From the IMG/VR virus record IMGVR_UViG_3300030376_006036, positions 1 through 41,074 of that record: a stretch of 41,074 nucleotides of DNA; one strand, 5' to 3'. Shown in pieces: positions 1 to 9,929 of this stretch (the stretch's first letter is position 1; each line of letters opens with the position of its first letter). The position numbers and the translations under genes were made by a program. The stretch is from a virus (taxonomy: Duplodnaviria > Caudoviricetes). Under the pieces are notes generated by a model, which ran no database searches, had not been told where the DNA came from, and saw nothing but the letters and a program-made list of their open reading frames with translations.

Positions 1-1841
1 CCCATATTATCATCTGCATTAGTATCTTCAATGGTGAGTTTTGGTTTGGTTGATGTTGAAGATTTTAAATGAAGCATTGTTGAAGGACTTGATGTGCCGA
101 TGCCTAACTTATCAGCAATAAAACCTTGAGCAAACGAACCGGTTGATGTTGCTGAACCACTTATTTGATTTGAGGTATTTATAACTAACGGTTCATTTCC
201 TCCCATTGTGAATGCAAGTTTTCCTACATTTGTCGAACCACCATAGACTGCAGATATACCTGCGTCATATGAAGCAACTCTAAAACCAACGGAAGCATGT
301 GCATCATTGGTGGTGTTTATATTCTCAATACTTAAACCATTGAACGGTGCATTATCAGCGCCAGTATGGGTTGTATGTGATGTAGCATCGTTGATGTAAG
401 CACTATAAGGTGCAATAGCATTTGAAATTGTACCACCACTACTTAAATAATTAACTTGAAATTTACGAGCTTTAGCTATACCAAACGAACCAGTTGAGGT
501 TGATGAACCACTTACGTTTCCAAGAAATGTAGCATTGTTACTTGCATCAAGTGTTAGTGTACTTAAACTCTCTCCACCACCCAAGACCATTATTGCACTA
601 GCCCTATTTGTTCTCATTCTAAAAGAATTTGCAGCATAATTCCACTTTGCCAAAACTGCTCTATTTAAACTTACACTTCCCCAACCAATTCCCATGTCAT
701 TTGCATCGGGGCCAATTAAAGTCATTCCTGTATTTCCACTACTTTCTATAATTAAATCATCGTTTTCTGAATTAGCAGTAACCGTACCAGCACTACCATT
801 GAATACATGAAGCTTTCCATCAGGAACTGTGGTGCCGATACCGACCTTACCTGAACCATTTACAACTAAATCACTAAAAGTAGAATCGTGACGGCCAACA
901 ATCAATGGATAACTTGATGAATTTTTAGCCCCTACTACCAATCCATGTTGGTCTGCTTCATTTCTTTTATTAACTATTGTAACAGATGCTCCATGAGTAG
1001 ATAATCCAGCACTTGATTCAATAGCTCCACCTACTGTTATAGAAACGGCATCTGTTGCTGGAGCTGCAAATGTAGAAACACCACTAACATCTACTCCTGC
1101 ACCTACATCTAAGTTAGCAGCTACATTTACACCACCACCAGTCGCATCAATTGTAATTGGTGAACCACCATAGGCAACTGAGGCTATTTCTAATATATTA
1201 GCACCACTATTGAATATTCTCCATTTTTCAGTCGTACCCGCACCACCTGATAAAAAATTTATATAATGTGACTGTGGTACTTGTATTTTACCAAACGAAC
1301 CGGTTGATTTTGCTGAACCACTTATTAGGGAATCTCCATTAAATACAACATGAGTTTGAGATGTATTACCTATTACAGTTTGATTATCTGCTGTAGCAGC
1401 AGCATCATGTCCTATTACAATTCTGTTTGCGGCTGAAGTAGAACCTAAATCTGCACCCTGACCTATTCCGATATTGAAATTACCCGATTGTAGTGCATCA
1501 ACTGCATTTCTTCCGATTCCGACATTACCAATTCCTGTAGTGACTCCTTTCAATGCTCTATAACCAACGGCAGTATTACCTGTGGAATTTCCACCAGTAA
1601 GGTTTTGATAACCAACTCCTACATTTTGGTCACCTGTGGTTATTTGACTACCGACAGTAAATCCAACAAAGATATTACCAACAGCTCCAGTTGTGAGATT
1701 CTGTCCTGTACCTCCGAATCCAATTGAAACATTATTAGTACCTCTTGTGAAATCCAGTTTAGCCATCCCATCGGATGAAACCAATTCTAATATACCAAGC
1801 GAGCCTGTTGAAGTTATCGAACCTGAAACGAACATTGACAT
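1..1841 (-). CDS. Tail fibre/adhesin-like protein, partial (runs off the left edge, about 613 codons in window)
   Basis: Missing from the ORF track, presumably because its stop lies outside the window. The ATG at 1841-1839 overlaps the upstream TAA (TAATG) and AGGAG lies at 1856-1852. Manual translation gives MSMFVSGSITSTGSLGILELVSSDG, then YadA-head-like repeats (NIFVG, NVGVG, NTAVG, NVGIG, NIGIG) and SGSxxSTGSF repeats at 1291, 481 and 130. Confidence 0.85.
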   Translation of the reverse strand, partial: MSMFVSGSITSTGSLGILELVSSDGMAKLDFTRGTNNVSIGFGGTGQNLTTGAVGNIFVGFTVGSQITTGDQNVGVGYQNLTGGNSTGNTAVGYRALKGVTTGIGNVGIGRNAVDALQSGNFNIGIGQGADLGSTSAANRIVIGHDAAATADNQTVIGNTSQTHVVFNGDSLISGSAKSTGSFGKIQVPQSHYINFLSGGAGTTEKWRIFNSGANILEIASVAYGGSPITIDATGGGVNVAANLDVGAGVDVSGVSTFAAPATDAVSITVGGAIESSAGLSTHGASVTIVNKRNEADQHGLVVGAKNSSSYPLIVGRHDSTFSDLVVNGSGKVGIGTTVPDGKLHVFNGSAGTVTANSENDDLIIESSGNTGMTLIGPDANDMGIGWGSVSLNRAVLAKWNYAANSFRMRTNRASAIMVLGGGESLSTLTLDASNNATFLGNVSGSSTSTGSFGIAKARKFQVNYLSSGGTISNAIAPYSAYINDATSHTTHTGADNAPFNGLSIENINTTNDAHASVGFRVASYDAGISAVYGGSTNVGKLAFTMGGNEPLVINTSNQISGSATSTGSFAQGFIADKLGIGTSSPSTMLHLKSSTSTKPKLTIEDTNADDNM

Positions 1842-4800
1842 TATTTTTTATCTCCTGATTTACTATAATTATTAAGTTTCCTAAGTTCTTTGACTTCATC
1901 TGATAATTCTTTTACTGCTTCTAACAACACTGCGGTTATTCTTGTGTAAGACATCGCAGTTACATCCCCATCTTCATTTTTCGCAACGAGTTCAGGAAAT
2001 ATTTCATTTACTTCCTCTGCAATCATACCAATACTGTGTTCTTTAGTTTTTTTATAATCAAATTCTACACCACGAAGTTTTGTTATCTTTTCTAACGGAC
2101 TTTCTATTTGTCTCACATTTTCTTTGTATGCAATAGAAGATGCCTCTACCACACTACCTATGGTAGCCTGACCTGGTACGGATAATGCACCAAACGAACC
2201 AGTTGTAATAGATGAACCACTTACTTTTGTATCTGCTATAGTTAATTGTTTATGTGCAGTATTAGCATTTCTAAATTCAAGTTCATTATTATTATCGTGT
2301 CTAATCTGATTTACATTAGCCCCTTTGTAAATAGAGAACACACCACCCCTTAATGTTATACCATCCCCAAGACTCATACTCGAACCTGTTATATGACCGT
2401 TGATACTAACATTATATCCAGCTGCAATTAACTCTCCACCATTATTTATTGAAAGAGCACCAAACGAACCAGTTGAGGTTGATGAACCGCTTATATCACC
2501 ATCAACTGTTAGTTTTGCACCTGGTGTTAATAATCCATCACCTATTCCGATATTTCCATTTGTACCAACAATTAACCTATCTTGACCATTATCACTATCT
2601 CTAATTTCAAAACGACCACCATTTGACTTTAAATCATAAGTTCTTCCATTTGTAGTACCAACTAATCTAAATACACCGACTGCATCTGTTGAAGCGATTA
2701 TACCCGCGACATCTAATGGATATGATGGAGTCGCGTCTCCGATGCCAACATTTCCGTTTTCTAATATTCTTACCTTTTCTGAGTTGGCAACATCAAATCT
2801 AATATAACCGGTGCCAGCATTATTAATATCAGCAGAAAATTCTAAGCCAGCGTTTCCACCCCCTAAAATTCTATGTTTTAAGTTAGAGACATTAGTATCG
2901 TGAAGATTTATTATTGGAGACTGTGCAGTAATATTGACTTCAGATCCAGTTACATTTAAAGATCCAGTAAACTGATGAACGTCATCTTGAGTATCACCGA
3001 ATATGGTTGAACCACTGCTAAATGATGCAGTTATATGACTGACTGAAGAACTAACAACCAATCTGTTTGCAATTATATCTCCTGTAGCCCTTATATCACC
3101 TACAACATGCAGTTTATGACCAGGAGTCGCAGTTCCAATACCGACATTGCCTGAACTATTAACTCTAGCAAATTCTGTTCCATTTCCTTGTATAATTAAA
3201 GGATGATAACCACTTGCTCCATTTACAGTCAATCCAGCACCTGTCATCTGTAAGGTAGTTATAGCCGCAACACCACTTCTTTTAATTCCAATAGTATCTT
3301 CTACGGTTAATTTATTTGAAGGACTTGTGGTCCCGATGCCGACATTACCGCTATTGTTAATTCTTAACCTTTCACTCCAACTTATATCATTTCCTGCAGT
3401 TCCACTTCCAGCTGTATAAAATCTATGTTCACCATTAAGTTGTTGATACATGCTAGCTTCATCAGTTACTATATATTCCCAAGAATCATCTGTATCTATA
3501 TGGGAATTATGATTTAATGCTAAAAATCCACCAGCTGATGTTCCTGAATTTGATGTTAGAGTTGTTAAACCGCCCAGGGTTAAATTTCTAAAATTTGTGT
3601 GTGTAGCAACAGGAGTTGTTCCAATGCCGAAATTACCTGAAGCATCTATTCTAACTCTTTCAGTATTTGATGTACCAGTATGAAATGTAAGGAAACCTGA
3701 TTGTAATTTCATCTGAGCACCAGCATTTGTAGCACCATATACATGGTTTAAAGTAACAACTGTCAAACCAGAATTATTATGTGTAATATTTAATCCTGCC
3801 CCACCACCTATTTGAATATCTCCGTTTGCAGTTCCAAATTGAGCATTGTCTGCTATTTCTAATCTACCAAACGAACCAGTTGATGTTGATGAGCCACTTA
3901 TTTTTGTATTTGCGTATGGAAATTCAACATTACTCCCATCAATCTTCATCATAACATTTTCATTATTTCCAATAACATCTGTCGTATGTGCTATTGAAAA
4001 ACTTTTTTCATGATCAAAGTATTGTTTTATTGCACCATTTGATGAAAATACAGTATGGAATTGAGTTGCTTGATTACCTCCGGTATTATCTTTTAACATT
4101 AATACAGGATTAGGGCCTTCAACAATAATTTGATTATCAAAACCAGCTTGTTTAGTTGTTGTTCCTAAAAGTAAACTATTAGCACCGTGAACCATAGCAA
4201 ACGAACCCGTTGAGGTTGATGAACCACTTACATCACCCCCAAATTCAACGTTTTGACTAGCATCTATGACAATAGCATCTGTATTATTAGTTCTTATATG
4301 TAATGGAATAGCTCCTGTAGACGCTACATAGTTTTTTGCATTTTGTGCTCCACCTAAAGCAAGAAAAGTACTATTTCCAGCACCATCTTCTAAAACCAAT
4401 TCACCTTTTATTTGAACTACTCTATTTGCACCTGCTAACTGTTGTGAAGGACTTGTTGTATTGATACCGATATCGCCATCACTTTCAACTGAAAATCTTT
4501 TAGTAGTACTACCATTAGTCAAAATATACATCCTATCATCAGATTGGTCATATCCAACTACACCTCTGTCTGCATCCTCAGAACACCCAAACTGTATTTG
4601 ACCATGAGCTGTAGTACCGCTTAATAAATTAATAGAAGTAGCAGCACTATTTTCTACCACCAATTGTGCATCAGTATGACCAGAAATTGAACCAGCACTT
4701 GCCTTATGAATGTGTAAATTTGTGTCAGGTGTTGTGGTCCCGATGCCGACATTACCAGTTGTATCTATTGTCATAGCAGTTGTTATTGAACTAGCAGTTC

Positions 4801-7800
4801 CATCCTCACTTACACTAAATTGAATCTCACCACTATCGTTATTACTACCGTGTCCTGAAAAGGCAGCTATTCTTGCTACATTATCACCACTATTTCTAAA
4901 TACTATTTGAGAACTATCATTTGTTGATGTTCTTGCACCCTCTAAAACGATAACGGCAGCATCATCTGCTTTTCCATTTTCAATATGAATACCCGTATTT
5001 CCAAATGAAGAATCATCTTCAAATATATAAAGCTTTGCTGCTTGGTCTCCACCTAAAGTTGATGTCCCTATAGAGACATTGCCTGTGGATAAAACTGAAC
5101 CAAACGAACCGGTTGAGGTTACTGAACCACTTATGTTTCCACTACCTGTAATGTGAATTACATTTTTGATTGAATTACTATTTAAATCTAAATCTTGTGT
5201 CGCGGTGTGATTACCTAAGTTATCTGCACTACCACCACCACCAGCACCTACTTGTGAACCACCTACAAACAATTTACCGGCGACATCAATTCTACCAAAA
5301 GAACCAGTTGAGGTTGCTGAACCACTTATTTTTGCAATATCAGTTCCAAACTCTGCGGTATTACTTGTTAATGAAAATACAGGTGCTGAACTAGCCGCTG
5401 CTGTAAATTCCATTCTATTGATAGCGTGATCATAATCAATCATACCTATATTATCGTCTTGAGCATCTGCAAAATATATTACACCATTTGCATTGTTTGC
5501 ACTTATTATTGATATACCAGCATTTCCATTATTTTCGATAGCTAATTGAGTATCGGTATTCGGTGCTATTGAGGGATCACCATCAGAAATGTGCAGTTTG
5601 ACATCGGGATCAGTAAGTCCGATACCGACATTGCCTGAACTATTTATAGCCATGCGTAGAGTACCAGTAGTTGTTGTATTATTTGCTGATGTGTAAAATT
5701 TTATATCTTTTGCCGAATTGTATGTTCCAGTACCACCACCGATTTCTACGATAGCATGATTTCCATCACTATAACCACTAAGCATAAGAAAATCTTCTTC
5801 TGCTACTGTAGAGTGAGGAATAAGTATTCTTCCACCATTTGGATTACCATTTGTTCTACCATTAGCTTTACCACCTAATAATATATCATCTCCAAAAATA
5901 TCCAAAGCATATTCAGGTGTTCCAGTTCCAATACCCATTATACCAAACGAACCAGTTGAGGTTGCTGAACCACTTATTTTAGTGGCTGTAATGTCTAATA
6001 TATCTACACCACCTGCTGAAACTTTAATGTTATCGGCCGATGATTCTCTTAAATGTGTGTTTCCACCACCATCTAAATAAAGTTTTGAAGTAGCACTAAC
6101 ACCAGCTCCTGTTGATAGAAAATCCCACATTGTTGTACCACCAACGGAAACTCGTATATCATTAGCAGAATGTTCATATATGTAAGTATCACCACCACCA
6201 TCTAGATATATCTTTTGTGTTGCTGGTACACCCATTCCAGCTGCTACAAAGAAAGCAGATTCAGTTTCTCCAACAACCATACGAACATCATTATTGGTTT
6301 TTTCATAGAGAAATGTTCCACCATTACTGTCTAAAACTAATTTACCTGTTTGTGGTAATCTCAGTTGACCAAACGAACCGGTTGAGGTTGCTGAACCACT
6401 TACTGTTCCTGTATGAAGTGTAGCTCCAACATCTTCACTCATATAAATGTCTGTGATATTATCACCACCAATTGTAGCAGTATTTGAACCTTTACCAGTT
6501 GCTGTTCCTAATACTATTTCACCATTAGCATTTGTAGTGCCTGTTTGAGCATATTGTCCTAAATAGACACCATTTTCAGTTGTAGTGTTTGTTACTCCAT
6601 TTCCTGTTCCTGCAAAAGTTCCAATTGCAACATTACGAGCACTATCGGTAAGTGTATTGCCTGCCCTATCTCCGATAATAACATTAGCTATACTCTGTTG
6701 ACCAGCAGTTCCCGCGGCATTACCAATAAAAACATTACCATCCGCATTTGTGCTGTTTATATTAAGTCCAGTACTCAATCCGATGAAAACATTCTTATCA
6801 CCGAAATCATCACCATCTGTTCCACCGGCACTTGTTCCTATAACAACATTGTCATCACCACGAGTTCTTAATTTAGCCGCATTCTTTCCTATGTAAACAT
6901 TTCCACCAAAATCAGCCATAGCAGTTCCAGCATTAGAACCAATCGCAACATTAATTTTATTTACACTATCACCAAGAAAAGCACTACCAGCATTTGTTCC
7001 AAAAGCAAAACTTTCACCAGTAGAATTTACCTGCGGAAAGTGTTTTCCATTTTGCATTACCGAACCAAAAGAACCGGTTGATGTTGATGAACCACTTATG
7101 TTTCCACTAGCTATTACATTTCCAGATTCAACTTCTAAATTACCATTTTCTACAGATACACCAACAGTAGCTTTTATTCTAAATACATCTTGACCACCCA
7201 TTCTAAACTCAATTTCATTTGCACCTTTTCTTTTAATGCTTGAGTCTGTATCAGTACCGAATGCTAAAGCATCAGGTATCAGTAAACTACCACCGAAATT
7301 ACCTGAAGAATCTGTAATACCATTCGCATGAACAACACCAAACGAACCAGTTGAGGTTGATGAACCACTTATGTTACCAGTAATTGATAATGAACCAGTA
7401 AATCGATGTGTATCGGTAGTAGTATCACCAAAAATTGTTGAGCCACTTGAAAAACTTGAAGTAATATGACTTACCGAAGAACTGATTACATACCTTTTTG
7501 CAATAACATCACCAGTAGCCCTTATATCACCGATAACATCTAAATCAAATTGGGGATCAATTCTGTTTATTCCAACTTTATTTGCAGAAGAATCAACATA
7601 TAATACGTTAGTATCAACAGCTAAGTTACCACTTATACTCGTATTTTTAAGTAGACTAATTGCAGATGTTGTTAGACTAATTACTTTAGTTCCACCACCG
7701 GCATACAAATCTAAATCCCCACTACCAATTATAGGAACTGTGGTTGTTAAAGCACTTGTTGATAAAGTTATCTCATCAGAACCAGCACCCGCATCTAATA

Positions 7801-9573
7801 CTAAATTCGTACCAGCACCAGATTGTAGTGTTAATGCTCCGGCTGAAAATACAAATCCACCATTTGCTACCTGTACATTTCCATTGAATATTGCATTACC
7901 ACCCTCGGACATATCTAATTGTAATGCAGTTATTGTAGAGCTACCATCGACTCCTTTGAATAAGATGTCATTATTATTACTTATTGATTTTATAACTAAG
8001 TCTGAAGAAACTCTACTTATCCTACCGAACTCTGTTCCACCGTCCTGTAATCTGATTTGTGCACCATCAGCATCAAGTATCATATTACCTGAAGTCGTAA
8101 TATTACCACTTCCAACAGACAACTTTCCGAATGAACCAGTTGAGGTTGCTGAACCACTTATGTTACCAGCTATTTCTAAATTACCACTACCTGTTATATT
8201 TTGTGTAAATGATGTTCCGTTTGTAGGACTAAAAGTTGCATGAGTTGTATTTCCACTATTTGTATAGAATATTAAATCAGTATTTGAGTATCCTGTAATT
8301 CCATATCTAGCACCGATTCTAGTTTGAAATTGTACTTCGCTTTTATCCGAAACTATATTAACTGTACTGGTATGAGGATCAACCTCGAAGTAACCTTTAT
8401 AATTTTCAAGTCTTATACCTGCAGTAGTAGCGTTTCCGTATACTGCCATTGGAGCTGAATTTGATTGACCAAGCTCAACTCTACCAAACGAACCAGTTGA
8501 GGTTGCTGAACCACTTATTTTTGCATTAGCAATCTCACTAAAAATATCTCCTGTTTCATTAATTTTGAAAAAGGTTTGTCCATCTCCTTTAAATATTTCT
8601 AAAGTCGGATCATTACCCACATCTTTAAATTCTAAGAAGTTTTGTGTATCATTAAATCTTTCAATGACAAATAACTCCGTGTCTCTTGCTATTCCCTTTA
8701 TCTCTAGCTCAGCATCTGGATTAGATGTACCTATGCCTAACTTATTATCAATATAACCAGCGCCAAACGAACCGGTTGAGGTTGATGAACCACTTATGTT
8801 ACCAGCTATTTCTAAATTACCACTACCTGTTATATTTCCACTTGCCTTAATATTTCCTGTTACGGATAATTTTTCACTTGGGCTTGTATCTCCGATGCCG
8901 ACATTACTATTGATAACTGTCATAAATCTACTACCACCACCATGAAATCTCCACTCATCCGTAGCATGTTGATATTCTAATTGAGCAGCATAAGCTTGAG
9001 CACCACTTGTACCATCAGCCATCAATATAGCTGATATTCCGTTTGTGTTTGTAGCAATTGTTAAATAATTAGCAGAAGCTTGAAATGTTACCAATGGAGA
9101 ATTGAAATAAGAGCTTGGACTTGCTGTTCCGATGCCCAAATTTGTACCATCAAATACTAGATTCGCTTCCGCATTAGCATTTGTAGAATCTACAGAAGTT
9201 AAAATTCTATTATTTGAACTATTGGCTACTGTATATGATGATGGTAAATTACTAAGGTCTGATGCATCACCCAATAATTTTCCAAACGAACCTGTTGATG
9301 TTGCTGAACCACTTACATATGCACCACCCAATAGTTCCAAACCTGCTTGTCTAATTACAGCAGTTGGAGCTCCATTTGCTGAAATTCCTATTTCATTGGT
9401 AGCATATTTGTAAATTCCATTTCCACCTGAATTTATAACAAATCCTGGTTTAGTCGCAGTTCCATCAAATTTTAATCTTATAGGTGAGAAAAATTGATTT
9501 TGTTGAAAACCATTAGCAGTAGAACCAGCTATTATTGAACCAAACGAACCGGTTGAGGATGCTGAACCACTTA
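130..9573 (-). repeat. Dispersed in-frame 34-bp direct repeat family (coding consensus TAAGTGGTTCAKCAACMTCAACYGGTTCGTTTGG, peptide [IV]SGS[AS]TSTGSFG), 18 copies
   Basis: Copies start (+ coordinates) at about 130, 481, 1291, 2190, 2460, 3867, 4197, 5100, 5295, 5943, 6369, 7065, 7338, 8127, 8484, 8763, 9282 and 9540. Spacings within each gene are multiples of 3. Two copies extend into a 52-bp identity (8150-8201 = 8786-8837). Confidence 0.95.
828..8906 (-). repeat. GC-rich repeat family encoding GNVGIGT (coding GGTAATGTCGGCATCGGGACCACAA), left cluster
   Basis: Identical 25-bp copies at 3325-3349 and 4732-4756. Related copies at about 828, 2736, 3138, 5622 and 8889; the 3138 and 5622 copies share 23 bp. 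Confidence 0.85.
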
Positions 9574-9646
9574 CATTACCTGAAGAAGTTATGTGATTCA
9601 GTGCAGCATTACTTCCAGATGTTATTACTTTTTTCCAACTTGGCAT
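1841..9646 (-). CDS. Giant modular tail fibre / receptor-binding protein (2601 aa) with C-terminal Peptidase_S74 intramolecular chaperone
   Basis: Ser/Gly/Thr-rich, with 15 SGSxTSTGSF linkers, many GNVGIGT motifs and a YadA-like N-x-x-IG repeat block. The C-terminus SSIAYKENV...LRGVEFDYK...IGMIAEEV..IFPELV...LLEAVKEL is typical of S74 chaperones. AGGAG at 9659-9655. Confidence 0.85.
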   Translation of the reverse strand: MPSWKKVITSGSNAALNHITSSGNVSGSASSTGSFGSIIAGSTANGFQQNQFFSPIRLKFDGTATKPGFVINSGGNGIYKYATNEIGISANGAPTAVIRQAGLELLGGAYVSGSATSTGSFGKLLGDASDLSNLPSSYTVANSSNNRILTSVDSTNANAEANLVFDGTNLGIGTASPSSYFNSPLVTFQASANYLTIATNTNGISAILMADGTSGAQAYAAQLEYQHATDEWRFHGGGSRFMTVINSNVGIGDTSPSEKLSVTGNIKASGNITGSGNLEIAGNISGSSTSTGSFGAGYIDNKLGIGTSNPDAELEIKGIARDTELFVIERFNDTQNFLEFKDVGNDPTLEIFKGDGQTFFKINETGDIFSEIANAKISGSATSTGSFGRVELGQSNSAPMAVYGNATTAGIRLENYKGYFEVDPHTSTVNIVSDKSEVQFQTRIGARYGITGYSNTDLIFYTNSGNTTHATFSPTNGTSFTQNITGSGNLEIAGNISGSATSTGSFGKLSVGSGNITTSGNMILDADGAQIRLQDGGTEFGRISRVSSDLVIKSISNNNDILFKGVDGSSTITALQLDMSEGGNAIFNGNVQVANGGFVFSAGALTLQSGAGTNLVLDAGAGSDEITLSTSALTTTVPIIGSGDLDLYAGGGTKVISLTTSAISLLKNTSISGNLAVDTNVLYVDSSANKVGINRIDPQFDLDVIGDIRATGDVIAKRYVISSSVSHITSSFSSGSTIFGDTTTDTHRFTGSLSITGNISGSSTSTGSFGVVHANGITDSSGNFGGSLLIPDALAFGTDTDSSIKRKGANEIEFRMGGQDVFRIKATVGVSVENGNLEVESGNVIASGNISGSSTSTGSFGSVMQNGKHFPQVNSTGESFAFGTNAGSAFLGDSVNKINVAIGSNAGTAMADFGGNVYIGKNAAKLRTRGDDNVVIGTSAGGTDGDDFGDKNVFIGLSTGLNINSTNADGNVFIGNAAGTAGQQSIANVIIGDRAGNTLTDSARNVAIGTFAGTGNGVTNTTTENGVYLGQYAQTGTTNANGEIVLGTATGKGSNTATIGGDNITDIYMSEDVGATLHTGTVSGSATSTGSFGQLRLPQTGKLVLDSNGGTFLYEKTNNDVRMVVGETESAFFVAAGMGVPATQKIYLDGGGDTYIYEHSANDIRVSVGGTTMWDFLSTGAGVSATSKLYLDGGGNTHLRESSADNIKVSAGGVDILDITATKISGSATSTGSFGIMGIGTGTPEYALDIFGDDILLGGKANGRTNGNPNGGRILIPHSTVAEEDFLMLSGYSDGNHAIVEIGGGTGTYNSAKDIKFYTSANNTTTTGTLRMAINSSGNVGIGLTDPDVKLHISDGDPSIAPNTDTQLAIENNGNAGISIISANNANGVIYFADAQDDNIGMIDYDHAINRMEFTAAASSAPVFSLTSNTAEFGTDIAKISGSATSTGSFGRIDVAGKLFVGGSQVGAGGGGSADNLGNHTATQDLDLNSNSIKNVIHITGSGNISGSVTSTGSFGSVLSTGNVSIGTSTLGGDQAAKLYIFEDDSSFGNTGIHIENGKADDAAVIVLEGARTSTNDSSQIVFRNSGDNVARIAAFSGHGSNNDSGEIQFSVSEDGTASSITTAMTIDTTGNVGIGTTTPDTNLHIHKASAGSISGHTDAQLVVENSAATSINLLSGTTAHGQIQFGCSEDADRGVVGYDQSDDRMYILTNGSTTKRFSVESDGDIGINTTSPSQQLAGANRVVQIKGELVLEDGAGNSTFLALGGAQNAKNYVASTGAIPLHIRTNNTDAIVIDASQNVEFGGDVSGSSTSTGSFAMVHGANSLLLGTTTKQAGFDNQIIVEGPNPVLMLKDNTGGNQATQFHTVFSSNGAIKQYFDHEKSFSIAHTTDVIGNNENVMMKIDGSNVEFPYANTKISGSSTSTGSFGRLEIADNAQFGTANGDIQIGGGAGLNITHNNSGLTVVTLNHVYGATNAGAQMKLQSGFLTFHTGTSNTERVRIDASGNFGIGTTPVATHTNFRNLTLGGLTTLTSNSGTSAGGFLALNHNSHIDTDDSWEYIVTDEASMYQQLNGEHRFYTAGSGTAGNDISWSERLRINNSGNVGIGTTSPSNKLTVEDTIGIKRSGVAAITTLQMTGAGLTVNGASGYHPLIIQGNGTEFARVNSSGNVGIGTATPGHKLHVVGDIRATGDIIANRLVVSSSVSHITASFSSGSTIFGDTQDDVHQFTGSLNVTGSEVNITAQSPIINLHDTNVSNLKHRILGGGNAGLEFSADINNAGTGYIRFDVANSEKVRILENGNVGIGDATPSYPLDVAGIIASTDAVGVFRLVGTTNGRTYDLKSNGGRFEIRDSDNGQDRLIVGTNGNIGIGDGLLTPGAKLTVDGDISGSSTSTGSFGALSINNGGELIAAGYNVSINGHITGSSMSLGDGITLRGGVFSIYKGANVNQIRHDNNNELEFRNANTAHKQLTIADTKVSGSSITTGSFGALSVPGQATIGSVVEASSIAYKENVRQIESPLEKITKLRGVEFDYKKTKEHSIGMIAEEVNEIFPELVAKNEDGDVTAMSYTRITAVLLEAVKELSDEVKELRKLNNYSKSGDKK

Positions 9647-9660
9647 TTACTTTACTCCTA

Positions 9661-9707
9661 ATTGTGGTTGGTTACTCTCTCGAGCCCACTTCCCATTTGG
9701 GCCAACA
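9661..9707 (-). promoter_or_regulatory. Candidate structured cis-regulatory RNA in the leader of the 2601-aa fibre gene
   Basis: GC-rich intergenic island UGUUGG-CCC AAAU GGG-AA-GUGG-GCUC GAGA GAGU-AA-CCAA-CCAC ending just before UAGGAG. Possible pairings are UUGG/CCAA, CCC/GGG, GCUC/GAGU with a GNRA loop, and GUGG/CCAC (pseudoknot). Confidence 0.5.
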
Positions 9708-9914
9708 TTAAGATTTTTGAGCATATATCTGAACTATCTCATCATACTCTTTTTTTAATTTTTCTGTGACTTTGATTACCATACCAATGTCACTACCTTT
9801 ATGATTTGTATTTGCAATCATTTTGATTAAAAATTCCAAATCCTCTAATTCGAATGGATGAACATAAGCTTTTTTATCAATTATGTTTATACCACCCTTA
9901 GTTACTAAAGCCAT
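9708..9914 (-). CDS. Small hypothetical protein (68 aa)
   Basis: Co-oriented ORF filling the gap between two structural genes; GAGG upstream; predicted helical. Confidence 0.7.
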   Translation of the reverse strand: MALVTKGGINIIDKKAYVHPFELEDLEFLIKMIANTNHKGSDIGMVIKVTEKLKKEYDEIVQIYAQKS

Positions 9915-9929
9915 ATATAACCTCTATAT

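Noticed and set aside
130-9573. 34-bp repeats as a CRISPR array
   Set aside because: Spacing is 195-1407 bp and irregular, the copies are in frame inside long ORFs, and no cas genes are present.
1841-9646. Diversity-generating retroelement targeting the fibre
   Set aside because: No reverse transcriptase in the window and no ~100-bp template/variable repeat pair differing only at adenines was seen.
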